From Rhynchopus sp. YZ270_cl-10 (taxonomy: Eukaryota), in the NCBI GenBank assembly GCA_964035575.1, contig OZ037843.1, positions 620,001 to 684,000 of the forward strand: 64,000 nucleotides of DNA, read 5' to 3'. This document shows, piece by piece, positions 1 to 13,500 of this stretch (the first letter of the stretch is position 1; the number at the start of each line of letters is the position of its first letter). The notes below the pieces were generated by a model. The model worked only from the letters and a program-made list of their open reading frames with translations, was not told the DNA's origin and ran no database searches. The position numbers were made by a program, and so were the translations under genes.

Positions 1-1077
1 GCTTTCATCGAAACGCGTTCTTTTGTGAAGAAGGGACCGCTTTCATCGAAACGCGTTCTCTTGTGAAGAACGGGCCGCTTTCATCGAAACGCGTTCTTTT
101 GTGAAGAACGGACCGCTTTCATCGAAACGCGTTCTTTTGTGAAGAACGGGCCGCTTTCATCGAAACGCGTTCTCTTGTGAAGAACGGGCCGCTTTCATCG
201 AAACGCGTTCTTTTGTGAAGAACGGGCCTCTTTCACCGAAACGCGTTCTTTTGTGAAGAACGGACCGCTTTCATCGAAACGCGTTCTTTTGTGAAGAACG
301 GACCGCTTTCATCGAAACGCGTTCTTTTGTGAAGAACGGGCCGCTTTCACCGAAACGCGTTCTTTTGTGAAGAACGGGCCGCTTTCATCGAAACGAGTTC
401 TTTTGTGAAGAACGGGCCGCTTTCACCGAAACGCGTTCTTTTGTGAAGAACGGACCGCTTTCACCGAAACGCGTTCTTTTGTGAAGAACGGGCCTCTTTC
501 AGCGAAACGCGTTCTTTTGTGAAGAACGGGCCGCTTTCACCGAAACGCGTTCTTTTGTGAAGAACGGGCCTCTTTCATCGAAACGCGTTCTTTTGTGAAG
601 AACGGACCGCTTTCATCGAAACGCGTTCTTTTGTGAAGAAGGGACCGCTTTCATCGAAACGCGTTCTTTTGTGAAGAACGGGCCGCTTTCACCGAAACGC
701 GTTCTTTTGTGAAGAACGGACCGCTTTCATCGAAACGCGTTCTTTTGTGAAGAACGGACCGCTTTCATCGAAACGCGTTCTTTTGTGAAGAACGGGCCGC
801 TTTCATCGAAACGCGTTCTTTTGTGAAGAACGGACGGCTTTCATCGAAACGCGTTCTTTTGTGAAGAACGGACCGCTTTCATCGAAACGCGTTCTTTTGT
901 GAAGAACGGGCCGCTTTCATCGAAACGAGTTCTTTTGTGATGAACGGGCCGCTTTCACCGAAACGCGTTCTCTTGTGAAGAACGGGCCGCTTTCATCGAA
1001 ACGAGTTCTTTTGTGATGAACGGGCCGCTTTCACCGAAACGCGTTCTTTTGTGAAGAACGGGCCGCTTTCATCGAAA

Positions 1078-1883
1078 TTTAGTTTTGCTAATCCTTAACA
1101 CTCCCTATTGATCGTGGTTGATGTATGCAAAGATCTGAAAAAACGAACAGATTCCCACGAACATGTGTCAACGACACAACCAACACAACGCTACCGATGT
1201 GTGCGCAACGATCTGAACGCAACGAACTTAACCAACCGAACACAACCAACGCATCTCATCCAACACAACGGAACCGATGCGTGCGTCACTATCTGTGCGC
1301 AACGAACGTAACCAACCGAACACAACCAACGCAACGCAACCGCTCCATACGTTGCGCTCTGTACGTAACGATCTCTACACAACGAACGCAACGCATGCAA
1401 CCGCATGCAACACTACGTAACCTATGTGTACGTAGCGATCTGTATGCAACGAACGCTACGTAACGAACGCAACGCAACCAACGCAACGAGTGGTTACAAA
1501 CCCCCACGCATGGTTCGCACACCGCGTTGGCACGTTTCCCAAGCCGCAAACCCGGTTACCTGCCTGAAAAACCGTGTTTTTGGCCAAAACGCCTGTTTTC
1601 CCTGTAGAATCCTTAAGAACCCTTAAGGAACGCACGGTTCCTAAGTCATTTTACACGTAAACTCGCGACACGAAAATAGGAATTAAAAACTAATCTCTCA
1701 GCGATCTGATTTAGTAAGAACTCGATTTTTGGCCCTATCTTTCCAATGCCGAAAAAATCTTACACTTTGGCGCCTCTGCGAGAAATGTCATTTTTTGGGG
1801 TACCCCGTCGGGGGTGCCAAGGGGTGGGGGGGTACGCCACAAAAGCAACCTTAAAAACCTTAACACAGAGTGTTAAGGAACTA
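1078..1883. mobile_element. 806-bp non-coding insert in the satellite, copy 1 (MITE-like)
   Basis: Interrupts a monomer between ATCGAAA and GTTCTTT. Imperfect subterminal inverted repeats CTAATCCTTAACACTC / GAGTGTTAAGGAACTAG. Internal AACGCAACG-type low-complexity repeats. Appears identical to 6783-7588. Confidence 0.6.
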
Positions 1884-4800
1884 GTTCTTTTGTGAAGAAC
1901 GGACCGGTTTCATCGAAACGCGTTCTTTTGTGAAGAACGGACCGCTTTCACCGAAACGCGTTCTTTTGTGAAGAACGGGCCTCTTTCAGCGAAACGCGTT
2001 CTTTTGTGAAGAACGGGCCGCTTTCACCGAAACGCGTTCTTTTGTGAAGAACGGGCCGCTTTCATCGAAACGCGTTCTTTTGTGAAGAACGGACCGCTTT
2101 CATCGAAACGCGTTCTTTTGTGAAGAACGGGCCTCTTTCATCGAAACGCGTTCTTTTGTGAAGAACGGGCCGCTTTCATCGAAACGCGTTCTTTTGTGAA
2201 GAACGGACCGCTTTCATCGAAACGCGTTCTTTTGTGAAGAACGGGCCGCATTCATCGAAACGCGTTCTTTTGTGAAGAACGGGCCGCTTTCATCGAAACG
2301 CGTTCTTTTGTGAAGAACGGACGGCTTTCATCGAAACGCGTTCTTTTGTGAAGAACGGACCGCTTTCATCGAAACGCGTTCTTTTGTGAAGAACGGGCCG
2401 CTTTCTCCGAAACGCGTTCTTTTGTGAAGAACGGGCCGCTTTCATCGAAACGCGTGCTTTTGTGAAGAACGGACCGCTTTCATCGAAACGCGTTCTTTTG
2501 TGAAGAACGGACCGCTTTCATCGAAACGCGTTCTTTTGTGAAGAAAGGACCGCTTTCATCGAAACGCCTTCTTTTGTGAAGAACGGACCGCTTTCATCGA
2601 AACGCGTTCTTTTGTGAAGAACGGGCCGCTGTCACCGAAACGCGTTCTTTTGTGAAGAACGGGCCGCTTTCATCGAAACGCGTTCTTTTCTGAAGAACGG
2701 GCCTCTTTCATCGAAACGCGTTCTTTTGTGAAGAACGGGCCGCTTTCATCGAAACGCGTTCTCTTGTGAAGAACGGGCCGCTTTCATCGAAACGCGTTCT
2801 TTTGTGAAGAAAGGACCGCTTTCATCGAAACGCGTTCTTTTGTGAAGAACGGGCCTCTTTCACCGAAACGCGTTCTTTTGTGAAGAACGGGCCGCTTTCA
2901 TCGAAACGCGTTCTTTTGTGAAGAAAGGACCGCTTTCATCGAAACGCGTTCTTTTGTGAAGAACGGACCGCTTTCATCGAAACGCGTTCTTTTGTGAAGA
3001 ACGGGCCGCTTTCATCGAAACGCGTTCTTTTGTGAAGAAAGGACCGCTTTCATCGAAACGCGTTCTTTTGTGAAGAACGGACCGCTTTCATCGAAACGCG
3101 TTCTTTTGTGAAGAACGGGCCGCTGTCACCGAAACGCGTTCTTTTGTGAAGAACGGGCCGCTTTCATCGAAACGCGTTCTTTTGTGAAGAACGGACCGCT
3201 TTCATCGAAACGCGTTCTTTTGTGAAGAACGGGCCGCTTTCATCGAAACGCGTTCTTTTGTGAAGAAAGGACCGCTTTCATCGAAACGCGTTCTTTTGTG
3301 AAGAACGGACCGCTTTCATCGAAACGCGTTCTTTTGTGAAGAACGGGCCGCTTTCATCGAAACGCGTTCTTTTGTGAAAAACGGACCGCTTTCATCGAAA
3401 CGCGTTCTTTTGTGAAGAACGGACCGCTTTCATCGAAACGCGTTCTTTTGTGAAGAACGGGCCGCTTTCACCGAAACGCGTTCTTTTGTGAAGAACGGGC
3501 CGCTTTCACCGAAACGCGTTCTTTTGTGAAGAACGGGCCGCTTTCACCGAAACGCGTTCTTTTGTGAAGAACGGGCCGCTTTCATCGAAACGCGTTCTTT
3601 TGTGAAGAACGGGCCTCTTTCATCGAAACGCGTTCTTTTGTGAAGAACGGACCGCTTTCATCGAAACGCGTTCTTTTGTGAAGAACGGGCCGCATTCATC
3701 GAAACGCGTTCTTTTGTGAAGAACGGGCCGCTTTCATCGAAACGCGTTCTTTTGTGAAGAACGGACGGCTTTCATCGAAACGCGTTCTTTTGTGAAGAAC
3801 GGACCGCTTTCATCGAAACGCGTTCTTTTGTGAAGAACGGGCCGCTTTCATCGAAACGCGTTCTTTTGTGAAGAACGGGCCGCTTTCATCGAAACGCGTT
3901 CTTTTGTGAAGAACGGGCCGCTTTCACCGAAACGCGTTCTTTTGTGAAGAACGGACCGCTTTCACCGAAACGCGTTCTCTTGTGAAGAACGGACGGCTTT
4001 CATCGAAACGCGTTCTTTTGTGAAGAACGGGCCGCTTTCATCGAAACGCGTTCTTTTGTGAAGAACGGGCCGCTTTCATCGAAACGCGTTCTTTTGTGAA
4101 GAACGGGCCTCTTTCACCGAAACGCGTTCTTTTGTGAAGAACGGGCCGCTTTCATCGAAACGCGTTATTTTGTGAAGAACGGGCCGCTTTCATCGAAACG
4201 CGTTCTTTTGTGAAGAACGGGCCGCTTTCATCGAAACGCGTTCTTTTGTGAAGAACGGGCCGCTTTCATCGAAACGCGTTCTCTTGTGAAGAACGGGCCT
4301 CTTTCACCGAAACGCGTTCTTTTGTGAAGAACGGGCCGCTTTCATCGAAACGCGTTCTTTTGTGAAGAACGGGCCGCTTTCATCGAAACGAGTTCTTTTG
4401 TGAAGAACGGACCGCTTTCATCGAAACGCGTGCTTTTGTGAAGAACGGACCGCTTTCATCGAAACGCGTTCTTTTGTGAAGAACGGGCCGCTTTCTCCGA
4501 AACGCGTTCTTTTGTGAAGAACGGGCCGCTTTCATCGAAACGCGTGCTTTTGTGAAGAACGGGCCGCTTTCACCGAAACGCGTTCTTTTGTGAAGAACGG
4601 GCCGCTTTCATCGAAACGCGTTCTTTTGTGAAGAACGGGCCGCTTTCACCGAAACGCGTTCTTTTGTGAAGAACGGGCCGCTTTCATCGAAACGCGTGCT
4701 TTTGTGAAGAACGGACCGCTTTCATCGAAACGCGTGCTTTTGTGAAGAACGGGCCGCTTTCACCGAAACGCGTTCTTTTGTGAAGAACGGGCCGCTTTCA

Positions 4801-6782
4801 TCGAAACGCGTGCTTTTGTGAAGAACGGACCGCTTTCATCGAAACGCGTTCTTTTGTGAAGAACGGGCCGCTTTCACCGAAACGCGTTCTTTTGTGAAGA
4901 ACGGGCCGCTTTCATCGAAACGCGTGCTTTTGTGAAGAACGGACCGCTTTCATCGAAACGCGTGCTTTTGTGAAGAACGGACCGCTTTCATCGAAACGCG
5001 TTCTTTTGTGAAGAACGGGCCGCTTTCTCCGAAACGCGTTCTTTTGTGAAGAACGGGCCGCTTTCATCGAAACGCGTTCTTTTGTGAAGAACGGGCCGGT
5101 TTCACCGAAACGCGTTCTTTTGTGAAGAACGGGCCGGTTTCACCGAAACGCGTTCTTTTGTGAAGAACGGGCCGCTTTCATCGAAACGCGTTCTTTTGTG
5201 AAGAACGGGCCGCTTTCATCGAAACGCGTTCTTTTGTGAAGAACGGGCCGCTTTCATCGAAACGCGTTCTTTTGTGAAGAACGGACCGCTTTCACCGAAA
5301 CGCGTTCTTTTGTGAAGAACGGACCGCTTTCATCGAAACGCGTTCTTTTGTGAAGAACGGGCCTCTTTCATCGAAACGCGTTCTTTTGTGAAGAACGGAC
5401 CGCTTTCATCGAAACGCGTTCTTTTGTGAAGAACGGGCCGCTTTCATCGAAACGCGTTCTTTTGTGAAGAACGGACCGGTTTCATCGAAACGCGTTCTTT
5501 TGTGAAGAACGGGCCGCTTTCATCGAAACGCGTTCTTTTGTGAAGAACGGGCAGCTTTCATCGAAACGCGTTCTTTTGTGAAGAACGGACCGCTTTCATC
5601 GAAACGCGTTCTTTTGTGAAGAACGGGCCGCTTTCATCGAAACGCGTTCTTTTGTGAAGAACGGGCCGCTTTCATCGAAACGCGTTTTCTTGTGAAGAAC
5701 GGGCCGCTTTCATCGAAACGCGTTCTTTTGTGAAGAAGGGACCGCTTTCATCGAAACGCGTTCTCTTGTGAAGAACGGGCCGCTTTCATCGAAACGCGTT
5801 CTTTTGTGAAGAACGGACCGCTTTCATCGAAACGCGTTCTTTTGTGAAGAACGGGCCGCTTTCATCGAAACGCGTTCTCTTGTGAAGAACGGGCCGCTTT
5901 CATCGAAACGCGTTCTTTTGTGAAGAACGGGCCTCTTTCACCGAAACGCGTTCTTTTGTGAAGAACGGACCGCTTTCATCGAAACGCGTTCTTTTGTGAA
6001 GAACGGACCGCTTTCATCGAAACGCGTTCTTTTGTGAAGAACGGGCCGCTTTCACCGAAACGCGTTCTTTTGTGAAGAACGGGCCGCTTTCATCGAAACG
6101 AGTTCTTTTGTGAAGAACGGGCCGCTTTCACCGAAACGCGTTCTTTTGTGAAGAACGGACCGCTTTCACCGAAACGCGTTCTTTTGTGAAGAACGGGCCT
6201 CTTTCAGCGAAACGCGTTCTTTTGTGAAGAACGGGCCGCTTTCACCGAAACGCGTTCTTTTGTGAAGAACGGGCCTCTTTCATCGAAACGCGTTCTTTTG
6301 TGAAGAACGGACCGCTTTCATCGAAACGCGTTCTTTTGTGAAGAAGGGACCGCTTTCATCGAAACGCGTTCTTTTGTGAAGAACGGGCCGCTTTCACCGA
6401 AACGCGTTCTTTTGTGAAGAACGGACCGCTTTCATCGAAACGCGTTCTTTTGTGAAGAACGGACCGCTTTCATCGAAACGCGTTCTTTTGTGAAGAACGG
6501 GCCGCTTTCATCGAAACGCGTTCTTTTGTGAAGAACGGACGGCTTTCATCGAAACGCGTTCTTTTGTGAAGAACGGACCGCTTTCATCGAAACGCGTTCT
6601 TTTGTGAAGAACGGGCCGCTTTCATCGAAACGAGTTCTTTTGTGATGAACGGGCCGCTTTCACCGAAACGCGTTCTCTTGTGAAGAACGGGCCGCTTTCA
6701 TCGAAACGAGTTCTTTTGTGATGAACGGGCCGCTTTCACCGAAACGCGTTCTTTTGTGAAGAACGGGCCGCTTTCATCGAAA

Positions 6783-7588
6783 TTTAGTTTTGCTAATCCT
6801 TAACACTCCCTATTGATCGTGGTTGATGTATGCAAAGATCTGAAAAAACGAACAGATTCCCACGAACATGTGTCAACGACACAACCAACACAACGCTACC
6901 GATGTGTGCGCAACGATCTGAACGCAACGAACTTAACCAACCGAACACAACCAACGCATCTCATCCAACACAACGGAACCGATGCGTGCGTCACTATCTG
7001 TGCGCAACGAACGTAACCAACCGAACACAACCAACGCAACGCAACCGCTCCATACGTTGCGCTCTGTACGTAACGATCTCTACACAACGAACGCAACGCA
7101 TGCAACCGCATGCAACACTACGTAACCTATGTGTACGTAGCGATCTGTATGCAACGAACGCTACGTAACGAACGCAACGCAACCAACGCAACGAGTGGTT
7201 ACAAACCCCCACGCATGGTTCGCACACCGCGTTGGCACGTTTCCCAAGCCGCAAACCCGGTTACCTGCCTGAAAAACCGTGTTTTTGGCCAAAACGCCTG
7301 TTTTCCCTGTAGAATCCTTAAGAACCCTTAAGGAACGCACGGTTCCTAAGTCATTTTACACGTAAACTCGCGACACGAAAATAGGAATTAAAAACTAATC
7401 TCTCAGCGATCTGATTTAGTAAGAACTCGATTTTTGGCCCTATCTTTCCAATGCCGAAAAAATCTTACACTTTGGCGCCTCTGCGAGAAATGTCATTTTT
7501 TGGGGTACCCCGTCGGGGGTGCCAAGGGGTGGGGGGGTACGCCACAAAAGCAACCTTAAAAACCTTAACACAGAGTGTTAAGGAACTA
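6783..7588. mobile_element. 806-bp non-coding insert in the satellite, copy 2
   Basis: Matches 1078-1883 at offset 5705; the ORF track gives identical peptides at this offset. Confidence 0.6.
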
Positions 7589-10500
7589 GTTCTTTTGTGA
7601 AGAACGGACCGGTTTCATCGAAACGCGTTCTTTTGTGAAGAACGGACCGCTTTCACCGAAACGCGTTCTTTTGTGAAGAACGGGCCTCTTTCAGCGAAAC
7701 GCGTTCTTTTGTGAAGAACGGGCCGCTTTCACCGAAACGCGTTCTTTTGTGAAGAACGGGCCGCTTTCATCGAAACGCGTTCTTTTGTGAAGAACGGACC
7801 GCTTTCATCGAAACGCGTTCTTTTGTGAAGAACGGGCCTCTTTCATCGAAACGCGTTCTTTTGTGAAGAACGGGCCGCTTTCATCGAAACGCGTTCTTTT
7901 GTGAAGAACGGACGGCTTTCATCGAAACGCGTTCTTTTGTGAAGAACGGACCGCTTTCATCGAAACGCGTTCTTTTGTGAAGAACGGGCCGCTTTCTCCG
8001 AAACGCGTTCTTTTGTGAAGAACGGGCCGCTTTCATCGAAACGCGTGCTTTTGTGAAGAACGGACCGCTTTCATCGAAACGCGTTCTTTTGTGAAGAACG
8101 GACCGCTTTCATCGAAACGCGTTCTTTTGTGAAGAACGGGCCTCTTTCACCGAAACGCGTTCTTTTGTGAAGAACGGGCCGCTTTCATCGAAACGCGTTA
8201 TTTTGTGAAGAACGGGCCGCTTTCATCGAAACGCGTTCTTTTGTGAAGAAAGGACCGCTTTCATCGAAACGCCTTCTTTTGTGAAGAACGGACCGCTTTC
8301 ATCGAAACGCGTTCTTTTGTGAAGAACGGGCCGCTGTCACCGAAACGCGTTCTTTTGTGAAGAACGGGCCGCTTTCATCGAAACGCGTTCTTTTCTGAAG
8401 AACGGGCCTCTTTCATCGAAACGCGTTCTTTTGTGAAGAACGGGCCGCTTTCATCGAAACGCGTTCTCTTGTGAAGAACGGGCCGCTTTCATCGAAACGC
8501 GTTCTTTTGTGAAGAAAGGACCGCTTTCATCGAAACGCGTTCTTTTGTGAAGAACGGGCCTCTTTCACCGAAACGCGTTCTTTTGTGAAGAACGGGCCGC
8601 TTTCATCGAAACGCGTTCTTTTGTGAAGAAAGGACCGCTTTCATCGAAACGCGTTCTTTTGTGAAGAACGGACCGCTTTCATCGAAACGCGTTCTTTTGT
8701 GAAGAACGGGCCGCTGTCACCGAAACGCGTTCTTTTGTGAAGAACGGGCCGCTTTCATCGAAACGCGTTCTTTTGTGAAGAACGGACCGCTTTCATCGAA
8801 ACGCGTTCTTTTGTGAAAAACGGACCGCTTTCATCGAAACGCGTTCTTTTGTGAAGAACGGACCGCTTTCATCGAAACGCGTTCTTTTGTGAAGAACGGG
8901 CCGCTTTCATCGAAACGCGTTCTTTTGTGAAGAACGGGCCGCTTTCACCGAAACGCGTTCTTTTGTGAAGAACGGGCCGCTTTCACCGAAACGCGTTCTT
9001 TTGTGAAGAACGGGCCGCTTTCATCGAAACGCGTTCTTTTGTGAAGAACGGGCCGCTTTCATCGAAACGCGTTCTTTTGTGAAGAACGGGCCGCTTTCAC
9101 CGAAACGCGTTCTTTTGTGAAGAACGGGCCGCTTTCACCGAAACGCGTTCTTTTGTGAAGAACGGGCCGCTTTCATCGAAACGCGTTCTTTTGTGAAGAA
9201 CGGGCCGCTTTCATCGAAACGCGTTCTTTTGTGAAGAACGGGCCGCTTTCACCGAAACGCGTTCTTTTGTGAAGAACGGGCCGCTTTCATCGAAACGCGT
9301 TCTTTTGTGAAGAACGGGCCTCTTTCATCGAAACGCGTTCTTTTGTGAAGAACGGACCGCTTTCATCGAAACGCGTTCTTTTGTGAAGAACGGGCCGCTT
9401 TCATCGAAACGCGTTCTTTTGTGAAGAACGGACCGCTTTCATCCAAACGCGTTCTTTTGTGAAGAACGGGCCGCTTTCACTGAAACGCGTTCTTTTGTGA
9501 AGAACGGGCCGCTTTCATCGAAACGCGTTCTTTTGTGAAGAACGGGCCGCTTTCACTGAAACGCGTTCTTTTGTGAAGAACGGGCCGCTTTCATCGAAAC
9601 GCGTTCTTTTGTGAAGAACGGGCCTCTTTCATCGAAACGCGTTCTTTTGTGAAGAACGGGCCGCTTTCATCCAAACGCGTTCTTTTGTGAAGAACGGGCC
9701 GCTTTCATCGAAACGCGTTCTTTTGTGAAGAACGGACCGCTTTCATCGAAACGCTTTCTTTTGTGAAGAACGGGCCTCTTTCATCGAAACGCGTTCTTTT
9801 GTGAAGAACGGGCCGCTTTCATCGAAACGCGTTCTTTTGTGAAGAACGGACGGCTTTCATCGAAACGCGTTCTTTTGTGAAGAACGGACCGCTTTCATCG
9901 AAACGCGTTCTTTTGTGAAGAACGGGCCGCTTTCTCCGAAACGCGTTCTTTTGTGAAGAACGGGCCGCTTTCATCGAAACGCGTGCTTTTGTGAAGAACG
10001 GACCGCTTTCATCGAAACGCGTTCTTTTGTGAAGAACGGACCGCTTTCATCGAAACGCGTTCTTTTGTGAAGAACGGGCCTCTTTCACCGAAACGCGTTC
10101 TTTTGTGAAGAACGGGCCGCTTTCATCGAAACGCGTTATTTTGTGAAGAACGGGCCGCTTTCATCGAAACGCGTTCTTTTGTGAAGAAAGGACCGCTTTC
10201 ATCGAAACGCCTTCTTTTGTGAAGAACGGACCGCTTTCATCGAAACGCGTTCTTTTGTGAAGAACGGGCCGCTGTCACCGAAACGCGTTCTTTTGTGAAG
10301 AACGGGCCGCTTTCATCGAAACGCGTTCTTTTCTGAAGAACGGGCCTCTTTCATCGAAACGCGTTCTTTTGTGAAGAACGGGCCGCTTTCATCGAAACGC
10401 GTTCTCTTGTGAAGAACGGGCCGCTTTCATCGAAACGCGTTCTTTTGTGAAGAAAGGACCGCTTTCATCGAAACGCGTTCTTTTGTGAAGAACGGGCCTC

Positions 10501-13500
10501 TTTCACCGAAACGCGTTCTTTTGTGAAGAACGGGCCGCTTTCATCGAAACGCGTTCTTTTGTGAAGAAAGGACCGCTTTCATCGAAACGCGTTCTTTTGT
10601 GAAGAACGGGCCTCTTTCACCGAAACGCGTTCTTTTGTGAAGAACGGGCCTCTTTCATCGAAACGCGTTCTTTTGTGAAGAAAGGACCGCTTTCATCGAA
10701 ACGCGTTCTTTTGTGAAGAACGGACCGCTTTCATCGAAACGCGTTCTTTTGTGAAGAACGGGCCGCTGTCACCGAAACGCGTTCTTTTGTGAAGAACGGG
10801 CCGCTTTCATCGAAACGCGTTCTTTTGTGAAGAACGGACCGCTTTCATCGAAACGCGTTCTTTTGTGAAAAACGGACCGCTTTCATCGAAACGCGTTCTT
10901 TTGTGAAGAACGGACCGCTTTCATCGAAACGCGTTCTTTTGTGAAGAACGGGCCGCTTTCATCGAAACGCGTTCTTTTGTGAAAAACGGACCGCTTTCAT
11001 CGAAACGCGTTCTTTTGTGAAGAACGGACCGCTTTCATCGAAACGCGTTCTTTTGTGAAGAACGGGCCGCTTTCACCGAAACGCGTTCTTTTGTGAAGAA
11101 CGGGCCGCTTTCACCGAAACGCGTTCTTTTGTGAAGAACGGGCCGCTTTCATCGAAACGCGTTCTTTTGTGAAGAACGGGCCGCTTTCATCGAAACGCGT
11201 TCTTTTGTGAAGAACGGGCCGCTTTCACCGAAACGCGTTCTTTTGTGAAGAACGGGCCGCTTTCATCGAAACGCGTTCTTTTGTGAAGAACGGGCCTCTT
11301 TCATCGAAACGCGTTCTTTTGTGAAGAACGGACCGCTTTCATCGAAACGCGTTCTTTTGTGAAGAACGGGCCGCTTTCATCGAAACGCGTTCTTTTGTGA
11401 AGAACGGACCGCTTTCATCCAAACGCGTTCTTTTGTGAAGAACGGGCCGCTTTCACTGAAACGCGTTCTTTTGTGAAGAACGGGCCGCTTTCATCGAAAC
11501 GCGTTCTTTTGTGAAGAACGGGCCGCTTTCACTGAAACGCGTTCTTTTGTGAAGAACGGGCCGCTTTCATCGAAACGCGTTCTTTTGTGAAGAACGGGCC
11601 TCTTTCATCGAAACGCGTTCTTTTGTGAAGAACGGGCCGCTTTCATCCAAACGCGTTCTTTTGTGAAGAACGGGCCGCTTTCATCGAAACGCGTTCTTTT
11701 GTGAAGAACGGACCGCTTTCATCGAAACGCTTTCTTTTGTGAAGAACGGGCCTCTTTCATCGAAACGCGTTCTTTTGTGAAGAACGGGCCGCTTTCACCG
11801 AAACGCGTTCTTTTGTGAAGAACGGACCGCTTTCATCGAAACGCGTTCTTTTGTGAAGAACGGGCCGCTTTCATCGAAACGCGTTCTTTTGTGAAGAACG
11901 GGCCGCTTTCATCGAAACGCGTTCTCTTGTGAAGAACGGGCCGCTTTCATCGAAACGCGTTCTTTTGTGAAGAACGGGACTCTTTCACCGAAACGCGTTC
12001 TTTTGTGAAGAACGGGCCGCTTTCATCGAAACGCGTTCTTTTGTGAAGAACGGACCGCTTTCATCGAAACGCGTTCTTTTGTGAAGAACGGGCCGCTTTC
12101 ACCGAAACGCGTTCTTTTGTGAAGAACGGGCCGCTTTCATCGAAACGAGTTCTTTTGTGAAGAACGGGCCGCTTTCATCGAAACGCGTTCTTTTGTGAAG
12201 AACGGGCCGCTTTCACCGAAACGCGTTCTTTTGTGAAGAACGGGCCGCTTTCATCGAAACGAGTTCTTTTGTGAAGAACGGACCGGTTTCATCGAAACGC
12301 GTTCTTTTGTGAAGAACGGACCGCTTTCACCGAAACGCGTTCTTTTGTGAAGAACGGGCCTCTTTCAGCGAAACGCGTTCTTTTGTGAAGAACGGGCCGC
12401 TTTCACCGAAACGCGTTCTTTTGTGAAGAACGGGCCGCTTTCATCGAAACGCGTTCTTTTGTGAAGAACGGGCCTCTTTCATCGAAACGCGTTCTTTTGT
12501 GAAGAACGGACCGCTTTCATCGAAACGCGTTCTTTTGTGAAGAACGGGCCGCTTTCATCGAAACGCGTTCTTTTGTGAAGAACGGGCCGCTTTCATCGAA
12601 ACGCGTTCTTTTGTGAAGAACGGACGGCTTTCATCGAAACGCGTTCTTTTGTGAAGAACGGACCGCTTTCATCGAAACGCGTTCTTTTGTGAAGAACGGG
12701 CCGCTTTCATCGAAACGCGTTCTTTTGTGAAGAACGGGCCGCTTTCATCGAAACGCGTTCTTTTGTGAAGAACGGGCCGCTTTCACCGAAACGCGTTCTT
12801 TTGTGAAGAACGGACCGCTTTCACCGAAACGCGTTCTCTTGTGAAGAACGGACGGCTTTCATCGAAACGCGTTCTTTTGTGAAGAACGGGCCGCTTTCAT
12901 CGAAACGCGTTCTCTTGTGAAGAACGGACCGCTTTCACCGAAACGCGTTCTTTTGTGAAGAACGGGCCTCTTTCACCGAAACGCGTTCTTTTGTGAAGAA
13001 CGGGCCGCTTTCATCGAAACGCGTTATTTTGTGAAGAACGGGCCGCTTTCACCGAAACGCGTTCTTTTGTGAAGAACGGGCCGCTTTCTCCGAAACGCGT
13101 TCTTTTGTGAAGAACGGACCGCTTTCATCGAAACGCGTGCTTTTGTGAAGAACGGACCGCTTTCATCGAAACGCGTTCTTTTGTGAAGAACGGGCCGCTT
13201 TCTCCGAAACGCGTTCTTTTGTGAAGAACGGGCCGCTTTCATCGAAACGCGTGCTTTTGTGAAGAACGGGCCGCTTTCACCGAAACGCGTTCTTTTGTGA
13301 AGAACGGGCCGCTTTCATCGAAACGCGTTCTTTTGTGAAGAACGGGCCGCTTTCACCGAAACGCGTTCTTTTGTGAAGAACGGGCCGCTTTCATCGAAAC
13401 GCGTGCTTTTGTGAAGAACGGACCGCTTTCATCGAAACGCGTGCTTTTGTGAAGAACGGGCCGCTTTCACCGAAACGCGTTCTTTTGTGAAGAACGGGCC

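Noticed and set aside
1108..1626. Small ORFs in the satellite insert
   Set aside because: Low-complexity AACG repeats with no recognisable protein features.
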